A stretch of 61,338 bases of DNA, counting the filler, from Sphacelaria rigidula (Eukaryota), in NCBI GenBank assembly GCA_964200075.2. It is 8 parts of 8 records of this genome, joined end to end, with 100 filler letters (N's around TTAATTAATTAA, not from the genome) between each part and the next. Parts side by side here need not be neighbours in the genome. Positions count along the whole stretch, not along the records: positions 46,081 to 53,659 come from CAXNAA020014245.1; positions 53,760 to 61,338 come from CAXNAA020014246.1; 6 more parts are not named here. One strand, 5' to 3'. Made by a program: the position numbers and the translations under genes. The notes under the pieces were generated by a model. That model saw only the letters and a program-made list of their open reading frames with translations. It was not told the DNA's origin and searched no databases. Below, in pieces: positions 46,081 through 58,896 of this stretch. Positions within the stretch are counted from its first letter, which is position 1. Every line of letters begins with the position of its first letter.

Positions 46081-48161
46081 GTCTTCCGTGCAAGAGAGAT
46101 ATGCCACTTCAGCCCCATATTTTGTATGAACCCCGAAATTTAAAATCGGCTGTTAACTGCTCCCCTCTGCTAGCCAGCATAAGGAAGTCTAACCATCGGT
46201 GAGGGATATTGGCTGGTCTGGATTGGATTGATTGAGTGGGTATCGAAGTTAGAATCAAGATAATTAAGAGAGAAATCAAGAACCGATTGCGTGAACCGCG
46301 GCTGATATTTGGATACTGATCAGGTTACACGGTATGTACAAGTTGTAACAGCCTGACGGTTGTACACTTGCCTGCCAAGCTTGTGCCCTGGGTTGCAAGC
46401 TGTGTCCTTGCATTATACTGCCGCTTGCTCTTTATCACATCGGCGTCGACGGTAGTACTCTTTATTACATTGGCGTTTGACTAAGTAGCTTCCTCTTTGG
46501 CTATTGCGTTTCTTTGTTGTACCGATTTTTACACCTGGCTGCCAGCTGTGTACTGCAGCTTTTGATCAATTGCCCTTTTCCCTTCGGCGTTGTAGTCAAA
46601 CCTACCGCGAGATAGTCAGTAGCTCTCGAGCTTCTGACCCGTGTGCTCCTCGGTAATGTGTATTCGTGCCCTGCTACTTGTAATTGCTGTAGCGTTCGAC
46701 GCCACATCTTGTGTGGTCAACGTGGGATCAACGCGCACTGCTTGCTGTTCTTGCCGTGCTGTCAATTTGGCACCACCTGCACAAGTCCCAACGATATCAA
46801 TCCCGCCTGCACGACTTTTGAATCTTTCCTTGATTCAACAGCCCGGCGCGACCCCCCGCACCAAGCCATCGTTGGCTCGTGTATTTGGCCTTGTGGCCCC
46901 TTTCCTTCTGCAGAATAAATACTCTACTACAGGTTTGTACAGAACACCGATGCACAAAGGCGCACTGTTCTTCATAGCCAGCCGCTGTTCCCAACCCGAA
47001 CTCCTGCCAAGCTGGCACGCTACTGCTCTTATTTTTCAGTATCGATTGTACGCGATTGTTATGTCTTTCCTTCACGAAATTACTGAAGTAAGTACAGACC
47101 GTGTCTACACAGTGTGATAACGGACGTCTGCACCAAACTTTGGATTGTTCCGGTACTTTACCTTCGTTACTCGAGCGACCTTGTTGTTGTAGCTTTAACT
47201 TCGTTGCTTGTGGCTAAGTTGTTCTTGTTGTCCTCTTGTGTACTTCGCACAGCTGTAAGGCAACGCGATACATCACCGTGGGAAGTAGCAATACACAGCA
47301 TACCGCATTGTGAGTTTTTTCTCCTTTGAAAACTTCTCGAACGAACAACTTTATTGTTCCAGGACGGTTACTACTAGTTGAAACATTTCGACCTCCGTTA
47401 CGTGCTCATTTGAACAGACAGCACTCGAAATCGGTGCCCCTTGCCTGTGCACTACAAATGTTTCGGCACCCGCTTCCAGCGTTGCCCCTGTTGTGCAGCA
47501 CATCACCTTTGTTCCACAAACATACGTTGTCTCAACTTCGTTGGATAACAAGCCTTCGCTCTGCACTACGCAGTCCGAGTTCGCGGTCTACTACCGAAGC
47601 TTTGTAAAAGCTTTTGTGCTGCCTTGCGCTGCACAGTTTTCGTGCGCATTTGAGTATATCTATATCTTTGGTCCTTTTCATTTGCACACCGCCAGTTGTT
47701 CCTCAACTTGTACTGGGATCATATAGTTATAGTCTACCCGTGACGCTACACCCGGAACACGAGTAAGTTGTTTTCCCACGCACCAGCGCCGCTACAGACA
47801 CTCGGGTCTTCGCTTGTCTTCGGTGACATACGCCTGTTCTGCGCACAATGCAGTGCTAGCTATTACCGCCACGACTTGAATCAAGTTGTATTCATCAGAC
47901 CAGGACACAGTTGTTTTCAAACCGCAATTCGCTTGAATAAATTACTCAAGTAAATCAGGTCCTGCGGTCCCCTCAGGCGCTATTAGGCTTCATTATCCAA
48001 TATTTTCCGGATCAAGCTTCGGCTTCTGCACGTAGCATCCCCTGGTGTCACGCTCCTTTGATTAGAGCCGCAAACCAGACATACTGCACCTTTCTTTTTA
48101 AGCACAAAGTCCGCGTACGCTCATTATATCGCATAAAAATAACGCTGGCTCTTCCCCTCAA

Positions 48162-51100
48162 TTGGGAAACCAACTGATTCGCCGGACCCGGAGTCAAACT
48201 ACTGGCGGTTCAAAATCTTTCAAGATGAGCGGCACGCCACCTTCAACACATCGCCGCACGTATGCGAGCGCTGTTCGTTCTTCGGGATCTAAAGACCAAC
48301 ATTCCAGCGAAGCTCATATTTCAACACTTGAAGACCAGACTTTGACGCCGAGACCTGTTCTCTCACGTTCCGACTCGGACTCAGAGAACATGGTAGTGCA
48401 CCCGGCGGGGTCATTGGTTCCTGACGCGCATGTCAGTGAGCGCATAACGGTGGATTCCGTCGCACACCTCTCGCTGGCCCCTGCTCCCCCGAATCCCAAT
48501 GTGGAACCCGGAGTGAGGATTATGCCCTCAGTCGAGTCGTTGCCCCTGGATACACGTGTCCAGCTCAACCCTGCCACGGTTGCGTTAACCATGGCATCCC
48601 GTCGCTTGACGGCTGACAACTCTCGAGACGATTCTGTACCGACAAAGCGCATCGCTTCTGGAGCAAGAGACTTTGTCACACGGGCTGCTTCCGTTACGGA
48701 CCCCCTTCGCACGCCTCTTGATAGTCCCATGCGCCCTACTGCGCAGTCCAATGTCGGACCTGCAGTTGCGGCCATGCATGCTGCCATGCAAACTCTGCAT
48801 CGCACGTTCTCGGCGTCATCGCCATCGCCAGCGCCAGCTCTCATCGACGCATTTACAGTTTTTTTTCACGCCACGCTCCAAGACCAGTCGGCGTCTGCTC
48901 ATGTGCGGTTCAATGATGATTCTGCACCTGCCACGCCCAAACCCGTACGTCTGGCGACCCGTTCGGCGACATCGCGTCCTCCGTTCGTCACTCATGATAA
49001 ATTCAACGAACATGAACCCGGCCCTTTCTCAACGTCGCAGCAGAGCCGTACTCGTGCTTCTGACCGGCACCGCACACCGAGACTTGGTCATGACCATGTC
49101 TCCCGGTCTAGCAGTTCTAAGGGCCACTCCCAGCAAAGCTTGAATTCGTCGCGCACTTCTACACGCCCGAAGAATATCGCTCATGGACACAGCAATGAAG
49201 GTAGTTCACGCCATACTTCCAATTCATCTCGCGCTCCAAAGCGCCCGGTAAATGCTAACCATGGTCGTACTCACGAGGATTCCTTGCGGCCCAGATCAAG
49301 TTCTTCGCGCGTTAACTCGCGTTCGAACAATTCCGATCATGCACCTTCGCGCATCTCTACTGCTCAGCCTTTGTCACACAACCGTTATGTACGGAATGAT
49401 AACACGGTACATGCTGACGATATCCAAAACATATTTTCGGACATATCACCGACCCCGGAATCTTCACTTGCAGGATCCGACCGCACCTCATCGCACAAAC
49501 GACGACAATGCACTGACCGCGAACCACCGTCCCGTTCCGACGCTGCGCTTATTCGTTCTCTGCAACAACGTTTGACAGATGTTGAACGACAACTGGCAAC
49601 AGCAACAATGGACACCAAGGGCACTACCGCTGCTACTAAGCCTACGAGGAAGACCACCAACGCCGCTCCCACTACCGCCGCAGCCGCCACTACCGTGGTC
49701 ACTGCGCCTTCTGCAGCAGCCACTGCAGCCACGGCCCCGACTCTTGCTGCCGCCCAGCTTTCAGTAGATACTGATCCGGATAGTGGTCCCACCACTGCCC
49801 CTGTCGGGGACGTCTCCGTGCGCTCACCTCCTTCGGTGGAGGATCTGCCTCCGCTCGGCGTCGAGCATTGCCCCGCCGGGCTGCTCTTGCGATTGTTCCA
49901 GGACCTCCCTCGCGCGGAACAAGAACAGCTCATCCGTGACTATGAGCGCCAAGCCCCGGCGCTAACTCGCGGTCTACTCGCCCAGCAACGCAGTGCTGAC
50001 GAGGCTACCGCCCACCTCCTTTCGGAGGAACATGCTGCTAAGCTGAAGGATTTTCAGCGACAGGCTTAACTCGCCCAAGCCACCAAAACGGCGGCACACA
50101 GAGCATTGTAGGAAGGGGAGACTGCAGCCTTGACGGCACAAAAAAGGGTCCGCGAGCTACAAGAGCATGTTCGGCGCACTACGCAAGAAGCTGAATCGTC
50201 GATGGCGCGGGTGACTCACCATCAAGCCGCTCCGCCTTCCACCGACAACTTGCTCAGGCCCCACCTGCCGGCGTCCAACAGAGCGTCGTATGTCATCCCT
50301 CGCAAGTCCAACAGGACGTCGCCTGCTGCGGCCGCTGCCGCCACCACGACGCCTCCGACACCGCCGCGTCACGGAGTTAGCTCGGTGCCTCACACAGTTT
50401 TTTCGCCAAACTTGCGACTGGTGTCTCACGAACGAGAATGGCTTTCTCGTCCTGTGTCGACCTATACCGGTCCCTTCGACCGGTGAAACCTCCTGCACTG
50501 CTCCCCAACCGCCTGAGCCTTGATATCCCAACGTATTTTCTACACGGTTGGGGTGTATGTCGACCAGAACGGCTTCCTCCCCAAGGCAGGCGTCTCGGTG
50601 CTCACCTTGGGCCAACTAATTTTGCAGACTACCGTTGGCGATCACCAGGATCACCACACTTACGTTGAAGCGGTCGGGGAACTTTTTGCGGCGCTTTGCG
50701 CTGCCTACAAAACTCATCCCGGCGCTACCCTCAACGGAGACGAAGATGAAGATGGGTGGACCCCTGCAACATCCAACCGCCGGGGACCGAAAAAAACCAC
50801 CAACGCGACGACGATGATACTGATGGAGGGAATCCACGCCGCCGCCATGGCGGTGGAGGATCGTCTTCAAGCAGCTCCGGACCGGACCGCCCGCCCCGCA
50901 AGCCGAAAGGCAAGCACGCTGGAGGCAACTCTTCCGGCTCATCCGCATCGGCCTGGAACCGGTCCGGTGCAGCTCTTCCCGCCTCGGGCTCGGAGACCCC
51001 CAGGAGAGTGGTTCCTAAGTTGGCTGATGTTTCGGTCCGCATTTTAGGTTTGTCCGATACGGATACACCTGACCGTCCTTTGTCTTCTACTGCAGCCCGC

Positions 51101-52557
51101 GCTTTAGCTACCGCCGCGGCTGACAAAGAACGTTCGGAAGCTAGCAAAACAGCAGTTTCCGATAGAGTTGGGTCTGCCCGAGTAGCTGCAATACAGAGGC
51201 AGTACATTCAGATGGATGTGAAAAAACCCTGGCACATCAAAACCATGCCTGCCGCGGATAACGAAGATTCGGGCCAGTTTACTTCTACCCTCGTCACGTC
51301 CATCCGCCGCACTGTTTGTAACATCCTTCACTTGGCGGATGTGACTGGCACACAACGTTCCGAAGACTCAGACTGGGTACAGGGCTGGCAGACTCCCTTG
51401 CACAAAGCAATGCATCGATCGATCAGCCGCCGCTCTCCCGACCTCTTTGCTTCTTTGACGCAGGTGCTCGACGGATTCCTCGCCGACATGGATCCGGATC
51501 GTTCCCAAGGGAAGACAGGCCCGCAATTACTCTCTGGTTTGAAAAGGCGTCTCATAGGTTACTTTGACAAAAGTGATCAAGCCAGCGTCATCCAGAGGCT
51601 GAGTTCTTTTGTCGTCGCATCTGATGTCCCCTTCGCGGAGCATCTCCGCGAATTTAAGCTTTTGGTTTCGGGTACGACGGGTGTCGGATGGCAGAATGGA
51701 CCGAGCGATGCAATGTGTCAGACTTACGCTCGCAATAGCGTTGCTCAACAGTATCCGGCTCTGATGCCGTCGTTGTTTCCGGGTGTCTTGGCGCATCGCG
51801 AGGTGCCTTTCGCCTCCGTTGAATCTATGTGGTAAGCGTTTGTACACCAGGAGAGTAATCTAACACCTGCCATACGTGGCAAACCTTTGACGTCTGTGCG
51901 TTCACAACCTACGGTTGTGTCCTCCGCTCATGCCCAGGGGCTCGCGGCAGGAATTCGAGTTCGTCTTGCGCTTCATGGATCCCCGACTCAGTCGCCGGTT
52001 CAGTTATGCATGTTCAGAGTACCAGAGATGCACTTAGCGCGAGTTTTGACGATTGGCCGTTTTCCGAGGAAACTTGGGATGATGTTTATCTTACTTCAAC
52101 CACGGCATTCATAACCGATTACCCCCATTTATGGAACCCACTTCTTTCGTCTTCCGCCAGACGCAATGCCTGCAGCAGTCATGCCAGCAGTTGCATCAAC
52201 TGCAGGGTTCAAGGCCACAGCATGCGCGACTGTGACAGTCCATGCATCAATGCCTTTGATCTCATGAACCCTGAATTGCAGGACAACGAACCCGCGTGGC
52301 GCCGATGGCAAAAACGCATGCGCGATTATCGTCCACCAACTCGAAATTACCGCAGCAATTCGAACCAACGTGGCAACAAAAGCTCTAATCGCGGTCGCCG
52401 ACACAACAACAATCACGGAAACCCTCGCCAGAACGATCAGAATTCTCGCGACAACAAATGTTCCGCTGATAGACACCAGCGGACGGGGCCGACACAAAGT
52501 TCTAATCCCAACACCAGAAACCCTGGTACCTTCAACTCGGATCGCGTAGACCTATGA
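48162..52557 (+). pseudogene. Very long decayed gag/ORF1-like retrotransposon protein with a CCHC zinc knuckle
   Basis: ORFs 48162..50069, 50130..50486 and 50520.. share one frame broken only by point stops, then shift to 50756..51835 and 52006..52557. CINCRVQGHSMRDC (52192-52233) is CX2CX4HX4C, followed by an R/N-rich tail. No introns evident. Confidence 0.7.
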
Positions 52558-52599
52558 CGTGCCGACGCCGGCGTTCTTCGGTCTTCCACACCGTCGATA

Positions 52600-53659
52600 G
52601 CACGAGCGAAGACTTTTTCAACACAGCCCGAGAAGTCCGTGTCAAAAATTGCTGACTGGACTGCCCCGGCACTATCCAGGAGCGTAACTGACGGCCGTTC
52701 ATATCGACCCCCGTCTCGAACCTCCACAAAGTTTTCAACACAGTCCACAGAGCCCGCGACCAAGATTGTCCGCCCGGCTCTCCCGGCACTATGCAGGAGT
52801 GCATCTGACGGCCGTTCAACCCAACCCCCGTCTCCATCCCTCCACACACCGCGTAACAGTTGTGTCACACCGCGACTCAGATCTACACCCGGCACTGAAC
52901 TTGGTCCTTCAGTACCGAGTATAAGTCTGAGGTGTGGGAAGACCAGAGTGTTGCTGATTTGAACCTGACCACATCGGATCATGTAATTCCCAATCAGTTC
53001 GATCGGGCTCCTTCCCCGCGCTTTTCAAAACGCACGGACCTACCTTCGGCCGGTTTTATTAACAATCGCCCCAATATATCTTCGGCTATGCCCCAACAGC
53101 CAAACTTGCCTACGGAAAGCAGCCCAAAAGTTTCGCTCCATCATGCCCCGATGCTGACCACATCCACGCAACTGGACGCAGTTGTGGTATCATCCCCAAA
53201 TGTTTTGGAAGTTCCCCGACCTTTGTCACGGCGAAAGAGAAAGCCCCGTAAACATGCCCCCAAGGACGCGCGGGCATCATTACGTACATCTCTCTCGAGC
53301 GGAAATCCTCGACCTCAATCTCTCCAAAATGCGACGACCTTGAGCTCGACGGCTCTATCAAGTATCCCGGAAGAAACAAAATCACAAAATTCTGACGGCA
53401 CTACTTCTCCAATCGACGACTCCAGCCCCGCACATCCTGGATCCCCCTTAGACGGTGATCCCTGTCAACCAAAGACGATAATTTACGAAATCGCCCATGA
53501 CCGTGCCGCACCTGAAAATAATATACCGTCCACCCCCTTCTCTGGTGAGACATCTGAACCACCGGCGGATCACCCGCCGTGCGTTTTTGCTGTCAGCCCC
53601 GCTGATCCTGACCAATTTACCTTGCCGGAACACGGTCCGGATCTTGTCGGCGGCAAAGT
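52600..53659 (+). pseudogene. Ser/Pro/Thr-rich continuation (possible start of pol/ORF2), cut by the contig end
   Basis: ORFs 52639..52962 and 52932.. stay open up to the linker; no catalytic motif is reached. Confidence 0.4.
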
Positions 53660-53759
53660 NNNNNNNNNNNNNNNNNNNNNNNNNNNNNNNNNNNNNNNNN
53701 NNNTTAATTAATTAANNNNNNNNNNNNNNNNNNNNNNNNNNNNNNNNNNNNNNNNNNNN
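53660..53759. other. Artificial contig linker
   Basis: N-TTAATTAATTAA-N, 100 bp. Confidence 0.98.
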
Positions 53760-54822
53760 TATGCTCCTTGCACTCTGTGACCACGGGTTCGAGAGATCGA
53801 GATAATGTGATGGATATAATAATGATAAAAAAATAGGACGCATTAGGCTGTGTCCATGTCTACTTGGGAGTTTTATCTGAGATGTCAAATCCACCTGAGA
53901 TGCCCATCCGAGCTTTGGATATCCTAGATAGAAGACAAATTGGAATATGAACATCTACCTGGGACACCGGTCCTCAAGTCCAACCCTTAACCCCAAGGCA
54001 GAATATGCCGGATGGATGTCCTCTGTGAATCTGACATTCTAGGCAAATGTTGTACGATAATGGAAGGTCGCGTGAGTTTGTGTCCAGCCTCGTTCTTGAG
54101 TCTTTTTCTTTGATCGATCTTTGTTTTGTTTCTCTTACTCTCTTAGTCTACTCTGTTATTATAGTCTGTTCTACCTTTTTCTGTCCTTCTCTTCACTTTT
54201 CTTCAGCGAGTTTTTCCTACATATGGTTTGTCTGGGGTACGTCCATCACGTGACCACGGCTGGATCCTTGGGGGATCACTCCAAGTGCAAGAATCAGATC
54301 GATCAATCGAATCCATAAAATCAGTCAGTCGATCGATCAACAAATCAACAAATCACCACCAAATTAATGAATTAATGAATCCATCAATAAATCAATCAAT
54401 AATTTATGTTCATGGATGTATGGAGAGGTCAAGAGCACGACTGTTTCTACAGTAGTCAGCGTCAGAAGTATGCAGAATTCGTAATTTCTTAGTTTCTCAA
54501 AGATTTTCCAAATTTGTTTCGCTTGACACTGCTCATCACGGTGACTGTTGGATGCAAAAAAATGGGCAACAGCAGATATTTCAATCCTCCTGACAAATAT
54601 TGAAAGAAAAAAAATCTGTGATCAATATTGAGTGTCTTACGGGCTTGTACGATCTTCGGGGGTCCTGCAAAAGTGCAACCCCAGGTTCTAGCTTTTCGGT
54701 ATTTCCGGTGGACCGACTCGATCCTGATTATGTAAGTCAAGACTCAAAAATGATTGTTTTTTTGAAATTCCACCTCTTTACTGCGCTAAAGCCGGAAAAC
54801 TATGTTTTTTGCGCTATTCACA

Positions 54823-55272
54823 TGGTCAATAACACCCTCCTGATAAACGGGGTATCTAGTCCATATCGCCCCCACGACACCAACTTGGGCATTGTGATTT
54901 GAGCACGGTCCGCTTATTTCGCCAAAACTGTCGACGCTAGCACTTTCGACTGCTCATTAAAAATGTTATGCGAAAACCCCTCGAAAAGAGGTCATCCGCA
55001 GAAAATGTTAGACTGAGATCTGTGCAGTATAGAAGGGAAACACGATCTCGATCGTTATTGTGAAGATTTTTAGACGTATTCATTTATCTGAATATTTACC
55101 GTTTCGTTGCGGAAGAGCCGGGAAGCTGTGTTTATTGGACCAACAACAGTCAATAACACCCCCTGATAAACGGGGTATCTAGCCCGTATCGCCCCACAAA
55201 CACCAACTTAGGCACTGCAGTTGAGTGCGGCCTACGCTTTCCCCCTACATATACCGGCGCTAGCACTTTCAA
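54823..55272 (+). repeat. Diverged ~125-bp direct repeat pair
   Basis: GTCAATAACACCC..CTGATAAACGGGGTATCTAG...ACACCAACTT.GGCA...CGCTAGCACTTTC occurs at ~54824 and ~55149. Confidence 0.8.
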
Positions 55273-55445
55273 GTAGTATGAAAACTAGTACTCAAGAAAA
55301 ACTCAAAAGCTACAACAACTACGAATTCTACTAAAGCTGACTACTAAAGCTCGAAGATGAAACGATGTTCTCGCTCGCGTTACTTATTTTTCACAGGCAA
55401 GAACAGGAACATAAAAAAAAATGAGAAAACAAAAATAGCGTCCAC

Positions 55446-55531
55446 CCGTCGGATCTTTCTTGCCTGATCTTCTCGACAGCCTTGGACAAGAAGCCCAGAG
55501 CTTTGCGAGCGCGCTGGACGTTCGCGTGTAC
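55446..55531 (-). CDS. Host gene, exon 4 (VHANVQRARKALGFLSKAVEKIRQERSD)
   Basis: TTGACAG acceptor after a pyrimidine tract; phase 0 matches exon 3; GT donor at 55445-55444. Confidence 0.6.
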
Positions 55532-57513
55532 CTGTCAACGTCGACGCATACGAAATAAACAGGCGAAAAAGAGGAGGGGGCGGGCGGAACGGCATACACG
55601 TCACATTGCATACAGAGAGAATTTCAAACATATTGTATACAGAACACAGAATCGTATTCATTGCACACACACAATACAAGACTTGGCATCGGTTCAGTGT
55701 TCAACCATTCACAAAATATTGAAGGCATCAATTTTCTGTTGTGTAATACTGCATGTAAATTTTTAAACGCACACGAACAGCGCCCCCCAACCCCTTGAAA
55801 TGAAAAGATCCTTCAAAACGCTTCGTCTGTGGAAAGCTGCTCGATCACCTCGGTACCTGATGACCTCCTATGCAATTTGCCATTTGCATCATAATACGAT
55901 GGCAGGAACCATAACATGCCCGAAGAGATATAGGAATAACTGATCAATTAGTGGGCGTCATCCGCAATCTCTCGAAGACGCTGGCAACAGATCAGTTTAT
56001 TCTCGTGCTAAGGAGTTAGTTCCTCCTCGTAGTACCTCGTTATGCCTTTCGATCCCCCACTGGTTAGACACCCATGAGGCAGCGTAAAAGCCGTGGCTGT
56101 CTCTGGAAGGGGCGATACCATATAATAAAGCAACTCATTGTTGGCTGTCATTCAAATGCAAAACTATAAGTAGGCTTCGGGCCGAACAATCTGAGCAGGA
56201 TACAGCTCATCCTTCATGCGACTAGCGGAACACACCACCGCGCTTCGCGCTTGGTGGTTTGAGTGCAAGCCTGGTCCGGCGAAAACCCGGCATGCTCCGA
56301 TCCGGCATTGTAGGGATGCGGGGTCGATGGTCTCATGACCATGGCAGGCATGATCATGAGTACATCCCTCCCCCACCCCCCCCGCACACACACTCCTCCT
56401 GACGACGAATCCGGAGTCTCACGAAAACAACTCCTCTATCCCCTGGTACATACAATGCGCGTCATTATCTAGCATTGGATCGGCAGCCTTTTAGACGTTA
56501 ACTTTCTCCCAAAATTTTATGGAGCATGAAAAACAAAATGAAAACTCGACTAAATGCGCTCGGCAGGTACAGTGACGGTAACCGCACACAACCATCTTAG
56601 TGCGGTACCGTACTGCAGAGTGGAACGCACCATAGTACTGCACCGCACAATTACGGCATCAAACCCTGTACGGGGCCTGCAGTCCCCTGTACGGGACCGC
56701 GCAACAACTCTCGGTGAGCATCAACATGCAACACACCACGGGAGACACCAATATTCTAACGGGGGGGGGCATACTCATTTGTTGCTTGCCTTAGTCGTTT
56801 GACCATTGACCACGCATCCCTTTCGAGACGGAATATTCTAACGGGGAGCGAAAGATAATATACCCGACGATCCTTGCAGTCTATTCACCCCGCCTTCTAC
56901 TAAACGGTGAGACACCCATGAGGAAATGTCACCCGTGGCTGTCTCTCGAAGTGGCGATACCAGAAAATGAAGCAACTCATTCGAGGCTGCCATCCATATA
57001 CAACAGCCGATTATCATAGGTTGGGGTCGTCATCTTAACAAAAGGCTGCATCCTCAATTTTGAAAATCGGCTGTTTTGCAAGATGGCCAGTACGCTTTGG
57101 GCCGAGCAATCTCAGCAGGATGCAGCTTACTCCTCATGCGACTCACTGGAAATATCACGGCGTTTCGCGCTTGGTGATTGCAAGCCTGGTCGGGCGAAAA
57201 ACCGGCGTGCTCTGTCCCGGCTTCGTAGGAATGCGACGCCAATGGTCTCATTACTAAGGCACGCAAGATTATGAAAACACCCGCATCTACTACAGCATTA
57301 CGGGGAGGTACAGGAGAAAGTGGCATATACTAGAATCCACATCACCCGTTCCGTGGGAGAGAGGGTTGATGAAGTCGCAGTAGGTCTGGCACAACAAGTT
57401 CAAGACGGTTCATAGGCTTGATTGAAGTTTATATTTTCGACGTTCAGAATTGAAAATAGAACAGCCCATCTTTCATATCCTCCCGCCAACAGCCTACTCT
57501 CCCCTTTACGTAC

Positions 57514-57595
57514 CTCTCTCGCAGCTTTCCTGGAGGCTCGTGAGGCATCTTCAGCTTGTGCCTCCGCCACCAGCATCTCCACCATTAGTTTGACC
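57514..57595 (-). CDS. Host gene, exon 3 (RVKLMVEMLVAEAQAEDASRASRKAARE)
   Basis: ACCAG acceptor; phase 2 matches exon 2 (AG+G = Arg); donor GAG|GTACGT. Confidence 0.7.
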
Positions 57596-58018
57596 CTGGT
57601 TTTTACAGGTCACCGTTTCCAAGCATTGCACATCATGTGCATAATCGTCAGTAGTCAGAAGAAATGGATTGACTCCATGGCACATATTCCCGTAAAAGAA
57701 CAGGGAGGAGAAAAGAGAGGACGAATACAATAAAATCTGTGCTGCTTGTTCCTTTGCCTCCCCCCTCGGGCCCCTCTCCTCATCTTGTCGCCCGATGTTT
57801 GCGGCCTTATTCCGTGGACGCTGTTTGTAACGCCAAAACACTGGTATGATACCCAACTAAACATTATACCGACCACGACGGCGACAAAAGCATCGCCTAC
57901 AGCAACACCCACTAGCCGCAGCACCACAAACAGTAGCAACGGTACAGCGTCGTATCAACATATAAAGAGAATGAAAAAAACTCGATCGACGTCGACATCA
58001 CAAGAAAAACAAAATCAC

Positions 58019-58173
58019 CTCTTCATATTGAGGCTGTCGATGCGCTTCGACTCTAGCTCCCGGAAAAGTCCCTGCTCTTCTGCCTCCACGGCATCCGTGA
58101 GTCTGGCGCAGCATGTTAGCACTACCAACAGTCGCTCGTCGATAGTGCTCACGCTCTCCAGCAGAGACACCAT
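58019..58173 (-). CDS. Host gene, exon 2 (MVSLLESVSTIDERLLVVLTCCARLTD...LNMK)
   Basis: TCCGCAG acceptor after a (GTT)-rich tract; donor AG|GTGATT; 155 bp. Confidence 0.75.
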
Positions 58174-58740
58174 CTGCGGACGAAACAACAACAGCAACAA
58201 CATCAAACAGCAGCAGCAGCCATCGGTTTCGAGAGCAGAGACGACAGGATGATGACACCGAGGAAAATGAACGGATTAAGAAAATAACATGAAACAAACA
58301 GGAGCATCATGAGAAAAAAAGGATCATCCGAGTCGAAACTATCATGGTGAGAAACAAAAAACAGCTGCACCACATTAAACAGGCGAAGGCACGACGACAA
58401 GACGCACACGCGTGCGCTCATTCGACACGTGCCCCGTTTTCACCTCAGAAATCGTCGTTACCTTGTGCATAAAACCTTAGATTGGACCCCTCAATAAATC
58501 GTAACCTCCCCCCCCTTCAGACAGGACCTGCGCACAAACACACGTTGGTGGGCAGACACGAGAACATGGAGACATGCGCCTTGCCCCCTCCCACATGCGC
58601 GCGCGCACACACACACACCAGACACGGACGTGCGGTAGACGCACATGTCCCCTCATCCAGCCATCCCACGTACACATGCAACACACCTACATCTACACAC
58701 CCCTCACGCCAAGCCACCAATACATGATGGGCCTGCACAC

Positions 58741-58896
58741 CTGGTAGCAGCGAACGCGCTTGTCTTCCAAGAAGCTGTCCACTTCCTTCATGCGCTCGAT
58801 CCTGGGACGTTTATCCTCCCCCATGTGCTGTATGAAGTGATCGAGATCTTCGGGCCTGAGCTCATCCAACGCCATCAGTTGCGCTGCAGTCGGCAT
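58741..58896 (-). CDS. Host gene, first visible coding exon (MPTAAQLMALDELRPEDLDHF...RVRCYQ); helical protein, possibly DUF4476-like
   Basis: 52 codons from ATG to a CAG|GTGTGC donor, with GC-rich third positions. A TAG acceptor 7 nt upstream of the ATG suggests an earlier exon. Confidence 0.75.

Noticed and set aside
48314-49933. Minus-strand ORFs of 176 and 182 aa
   Set aside because: Antisense shadows of the GC-rich gag-like frame.
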